Shown here: in pieces, positions 60,931-64,000 of the stretch
Layout: each line of letters opens with the position of its first letter
Numbering within the stretch: position 1 is the stretch's first letter
Assembly (NCBI GenBank): GCA_964512695.1
Contig: CAZEJU010000002.1
Coordinates: 76,233-140,232, forward strand
Direction of reading: 5' to 3'
DNA: 64,000 nt
Origin: an uncultured Gammaproteobacteria bacterium
GTDB taxonomy: Bacteria; Patescibacteriota; Microgenomatia; Levybacterales; UBA12049
Made by a program: the position numbers and the translations under genes
The notes under the pieces: model-generated
What the model was told of the DNA's origin: nothing
The model's input: only the letters and a program-made list of their open reading frames with translations
Database searches by the model: none

Positions 60931-61116
60931 ATGGAAATAATAATTTCCGATAAGATATATATTTCTTCATCCCATATACCAAAAGCTGGTAGAGGTGTAT
61001 TTTTGCACGGGTGGCAATAAAAAAAGGAGAAATTAGAGAATTGTGCCCAGTTTTTTGTCCTTCCTACATCAGACTACCCACTAATTAAGAAAACCATACT
61101 GAGAAACTACTCCTTG
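60931..61116 (+). pseudogene. SET-domain protein pseudogene (N-terminal part, frameshifted)
   Basis: KIYISSSHIPKAGRGVF / ARVAIKKGEIRELCPV / ...ILRNY across poly-T frameshifts. Confidence 0.7.
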
Positions 61117-61200
61117 AGCCAGATGTAGTAAGTATCCTCGAGTCAATATTCTTACAGAATTAATGCAATAAAGTTTTTAGAATGTGTTAGAATAAAAAAA

Positions 61201-61701
61201 ATGAGTAGATTAATTACATGTATATGGTTTGCAAATAATAACGGAGAAGAAGCAGTAAAATACTACATAGATACTTTCAATGCAGCTCCTGGAGAACATT
61301 CCGCAATACTCGGGGATATCACAAAAGCACCAAAGGCATCACAAGAAGTTTCAGGTATGCCTGCTGGCTCCGTCATGACAGCTGAATGCGAGCTTGATGG
61401 AACAAGCTTTATGTTTCTTAATGGTGGTGCGATGGAACAATTCAAACTTAATGGGTCTACCTCTTTTATAATTGAGTGCGAAACACAAGAAGAAATTGAT
61501 TTCTTCTGGGAAAAACTCTCAGCAGTTCCTGAAGCTGAACAGTGCGGATGGTGTACAGACAAATTCGGTATAACATGGCAAGTAGTCCCACGTATTTTAG
61601 ATGAAATGATGAGAGATCCTGAAAAAGCAGAGGCGGTAACTGCTGCTTTTATGCCCATGAAGAAACTTGACCTCGAAACAATCCGAAAAGCTGGCGAATA
61701 G
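61201..61701 (+). CDS. VOC/PhnB family protein
   Basis: ITCIWF, LNGG, CGWCTDKFGITWQVVP. Confidence 0.9.
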   Translation: MSRLITCIWFANNNGEEAVKYYIDTFNAAPGEHSAILGDITKAPKASQEVSGMPAGSVMTAECELDGTSFMFLNGGAMEQFKLNGSTSFIIECETQEEIDFFWEKLSAVPEAEQCGWCTDKFGITWQVVPRILDEMMRDPEKAEAVTAAFMPMKKLDLETIRKAGE

Positions 61702-61750
61702 AATCTGATTCCCTAACTGAAACGATATTTTATACTCACCTTGTACATAT

Positions 61751-62347
61751 ATGAGAAAAATAATTGTTCTCGAATTCATTACTCTGGATGGCGTTATGCA
61801 AGCTCCTGGTGGGCCAGAAGAAGATACTTCAGGAGGTTTTACTTTTGGTGGATGGACTGTCCCTTATTTTGATGATTATACTGGACATGTCATGGCTGAT
61901 CAAATGAAAGAACCTTACAGTCTCCTACTGGGTAGAAAAACATTCGAAATTTTTTCTTCGTATTGGCCACAGCATGCAGATGGCTGGCCAGGAGTGAACG
62001 AATCCACAAAATATGTCGTTTCGAGTACTCTTTCATCATCTGATTGGCACAATTCAGTTTTTCTAAAAGGAGATGCAGTTGAAGAAATTAAGAAGTTAAA
62101 AGCAGGGGAAGGTCCTGATTTAAAAGTGTGGGGTAGTGGGGATTTGGTACAGACACTTCTTAAAAATGATTTGGTGGATGAGCTGAAGCTGAAGATTTTC
62201 CCTATAACGCTCGGCAAAGGAAAACGTTTATTCGGAGACGGAACAATTCCGAGCGCATTTACATTAACAGAATCGGAAACTTCTCCCAGTGGAGTAATAA
62301 TCGTAAACTACAAACGATCCGGAGAAGTTAAAACTGGCTCGTTTTAG
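61751..62347 (+). CDS. Dihydrofolate reductase / RibD C-terminal family protein
   Basis: [31 protein letters not shown]. Confidence 0.9.
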   Translation: MRKIIVLEFITLDGVMQAPGGPEEDTSGGFTFGGWTVPYFDDYTGHVMADQMKEPYSLLLGRKTFEIFSSYWPQHADGWPGVNESTKYVVSSTLSSSDWHNSVFLKGDAVEEIKKLKAGEGPDLKVWGSGDLVQTLLKNDLVDELKLKIFPITLGKGKRLFGDGTIPSAFTLTESETSPSGVIIVNYKRSGEVKTGSF

Positions 62348-62634
62348 TCTTCACTGCTTCAAAATATTCCGTTACTTGGAAAAGAAAAGATGGAAGCACG
62401 AGGAATACAGAAGTTATCCTCGTTCCGATAAGTTATAGTAGACATACATTTGCGCTTCATTTTATATCCGGTTAACGTAGGACCTTTTGCTATAATGCTT
62501 CTATGGCTGATAGCCGCTTTCGCTGAAGATATTATCAGTCATATTTTGTCACCAATGACATTCATAGAAACAAAGAGTACGGAAAAGTAGGTGACGCATA
62601 CACGAGGCGTTTTTAAATATATCTTATGGTATGA

Positions 62635-63939
62635 TTGACTCATATGGGTGAAAGTTCTTCCACCATACAAGCAAATAAAGTACGTTTTGACAGTTTAGGT
62701 TATGGATATCAAGACACTCTCCCTCACCAACGTAGGAAAGAGACTATTCTGGACTTAGTGCGGGAAGCTATTAGACCAAGAGATATTTGGCTAAACCCGA
62801 AAGATCACACACTACGCGTTAGTGAAATTGGTATAGGCAACGGTTTTTTATCAGAAGGGTATAGAAGTATATTTGAAGGTCTCCCCTTCCCGACGAGTAT
62901 CACGGGAGTTGATTTAAACTCTACAATGTTGGCAGATCTACAAAAGAAAGGAATAATTGATATGGGTGTTTTAGCTCTAGCGGAGAAACTTCCCATGGCT
63001 GCTGAATCCCAAGATTTAGTAGTTATGTCAGAAGTATTAGAACATACCCGTACACCTCGATTTCCATTAGAAGAACTATACCGAGTTCTGAAACCTAGGG
63101 GGAAGTTTGTGGGAAGTGTTCCAAATATGGCTCAACTGTGGGATAGAATTGCTATGCTGAGCGGTGATGCCCCTCATCAAGTAGCACGAAAAATTGGAGA
63201 TCCAACTTTTACCCATGAGAGTCATTTTACGGTTAACTTACTGAAAGAAGCATTAAGAAAAGCTGGATTTACAGAAATAGAGATTAAGACCAATCTGGTT
63301 CGTCTATTACGTAAAGATGATGGAACTGCTTTTCCCTTTTTGAGTGAAATTATTAAAAATACTGCACCTGGACTAGGGGACAGGTTAATATGGACCGCAA
63401 GCAAACAAGGATCACCATTATTATCTGAGGGTGGTATTCCTACTTTGTATCTGGTATCTGGATCACCTAGAACTGGTAAATCAACTTTATCTCATACATT
63501 GTCTCAAAAAAAAGATATAGATATCGTGAGTATTACTGATATAAGATCTCAGCAGACGAGTGGTGATCCTAAGTTTGTTCCTCAAGAATTGGAAGAAGCA
63601 TATGTATCTTCGGTTGATATAATAAGAGATCTTTTGCAAAGTGGACAGAGTGCTATTTGGGAAGGCACATTCAGAAGTAGAGAAAGCCGAGAAAAAATAA
63701 AATCTCTAATAAGAAGATGTCCTAGTGGCTATAGAATCATTCCCATTGAGTTGAGAGCGTCAAGTGATATTATAGCTAGACGTGTGGAAGCAACTCAAAA
63801 AGAACATTTAGATAGGGATGTGACACCGCAGAGAGCTGTGCAACTTAGCGAATCCCATCCACAGCTTCCCGGTGCTTTTGTCTATGATACATCAGCAATG
63901 TCGGTTGAAGACATTGTAGGATCAGTGCTGAAGATATAG
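62635..63939 (+). CDS. Class I SAM methyltransferase fused to AAA_33-like P-loop kinase
   Basis: EIGIGNG, GVDLN, EVLEH, SVPN; C-terminal LVSGSPRTGKST, IWEGT. Confidence 0.8.
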   Translation: MTHMGESSSTIQANKVRFDSLGYGYQDTLPHQRRKETILDLVREAIRPRDIWLNPKDHTLRVSEIGIGNGFLSEGYRSIFEGLPFPTSITGVDLNSTMLADLQKKGIIDMGVLALAEKLPMAAESQDLVVMSEVLEHTRTPRFPLEELYRVLKPRGKFVGSVPNMAQLWDRIAMLSGDAPHQVARKIGDPTFTHESHFTVNLLKEALRKAGFTEIEIKTNLVRLLRKDDGTAFPFLSEIIKNTAPGLGDRLIWTASKQGSPLLSEGGIPTLYLVSGSPRTGKSTLSHTLSQKKDIDIVSITDIRSQQTSGDPKFVPQELEEAYVSSVDIIRDLLQSGQSAIWEGTFRSRESREKIKSLIRRCPSGYRIIPIELRASSDIIARRVEATQKEHLDRDVTPQRAVQLSESHPQLPGAFVYDTSAMSVEDIVGSVLKI

Positions 63940-64000
63940 AATCTCTCTTCTATTCTTCTGTTTTTATATTCTTTTGCAAAAGCATTAATTACTATATACT

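Noticed and set aside
62350-62634. IS200/IS605 or other IS remnant
   Set aside because: No transposase motif or terminal structure could be supported
1-64000. CRISPR array, rRNA, reverse transcriptase/DGR/retron
   Set aside because: No regularly spaced 25-45-bp repeats, rRNA-like stretch, cas gene or RT motif was seen by eye
58680-64000. attR direct repeat of the tRNA-Asn 3' end
   Set aside because: Only weak matches (GGGACGGAGCA ~60106, AGTTCGAACC ~60478); not convincing, so the right boundary is left open

Overview
AT-rich chromosomal window that looks like a Patescibacteria/CPR genome (probably Microgenomates-like). This is inferred from gene content (DUF4012, CPR-type VirB4 cluster) and many apparently leaderless genes. 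1-6.6 kb: 3' end of a T4SS-like cluster (VirB4-type ATPase, a 1210-aa protein with an internal duplication and a lytic-transglycosylase tail, a CHAP amidase, two paralogous membrane proteins). 6.6-11.5 kb: the replication-origin locus (dnaN, DnaA boxes, dnaA, rpmH, rnpA, yidD, yidC, jag). 11.5-44.5 kb: mostly housekeeping and metabolic genes (pgi, divergent pgk and fba, valS, def, rplY, ruvCAB, comM, purAB, dnaG, rpoD). At about 44.9 kb a tRNA-Asn(GTT) gene carries insertions on both sides. On the 5' side is a decayed GIY-YIG mini-nuclease, preceded by a duplicated tRNA 5' half whose D-arm is replaced by a perfect 18-bp palindrome. On the 3' side is a >=14-kb island whose large serine recombinase reads into the tRNA. 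The island holds phage/satellite-like genes and a candidate uncharacterised defence module: C-box, C protein, Vsr and a 5mC methyltransferase, plus a tightly coupled operon encoding a small protein, a wHTH protein, a MORC-like GHKL ATPase, an RNAP alpha-CTD/sigma4/wHTH fusion and a GmrSD-HEPN protein. No conventional type II endonuclease is recognisable. The rest is accessory genes and pseudogenes. All calls come from reading motifs by eye; no database searches were run.
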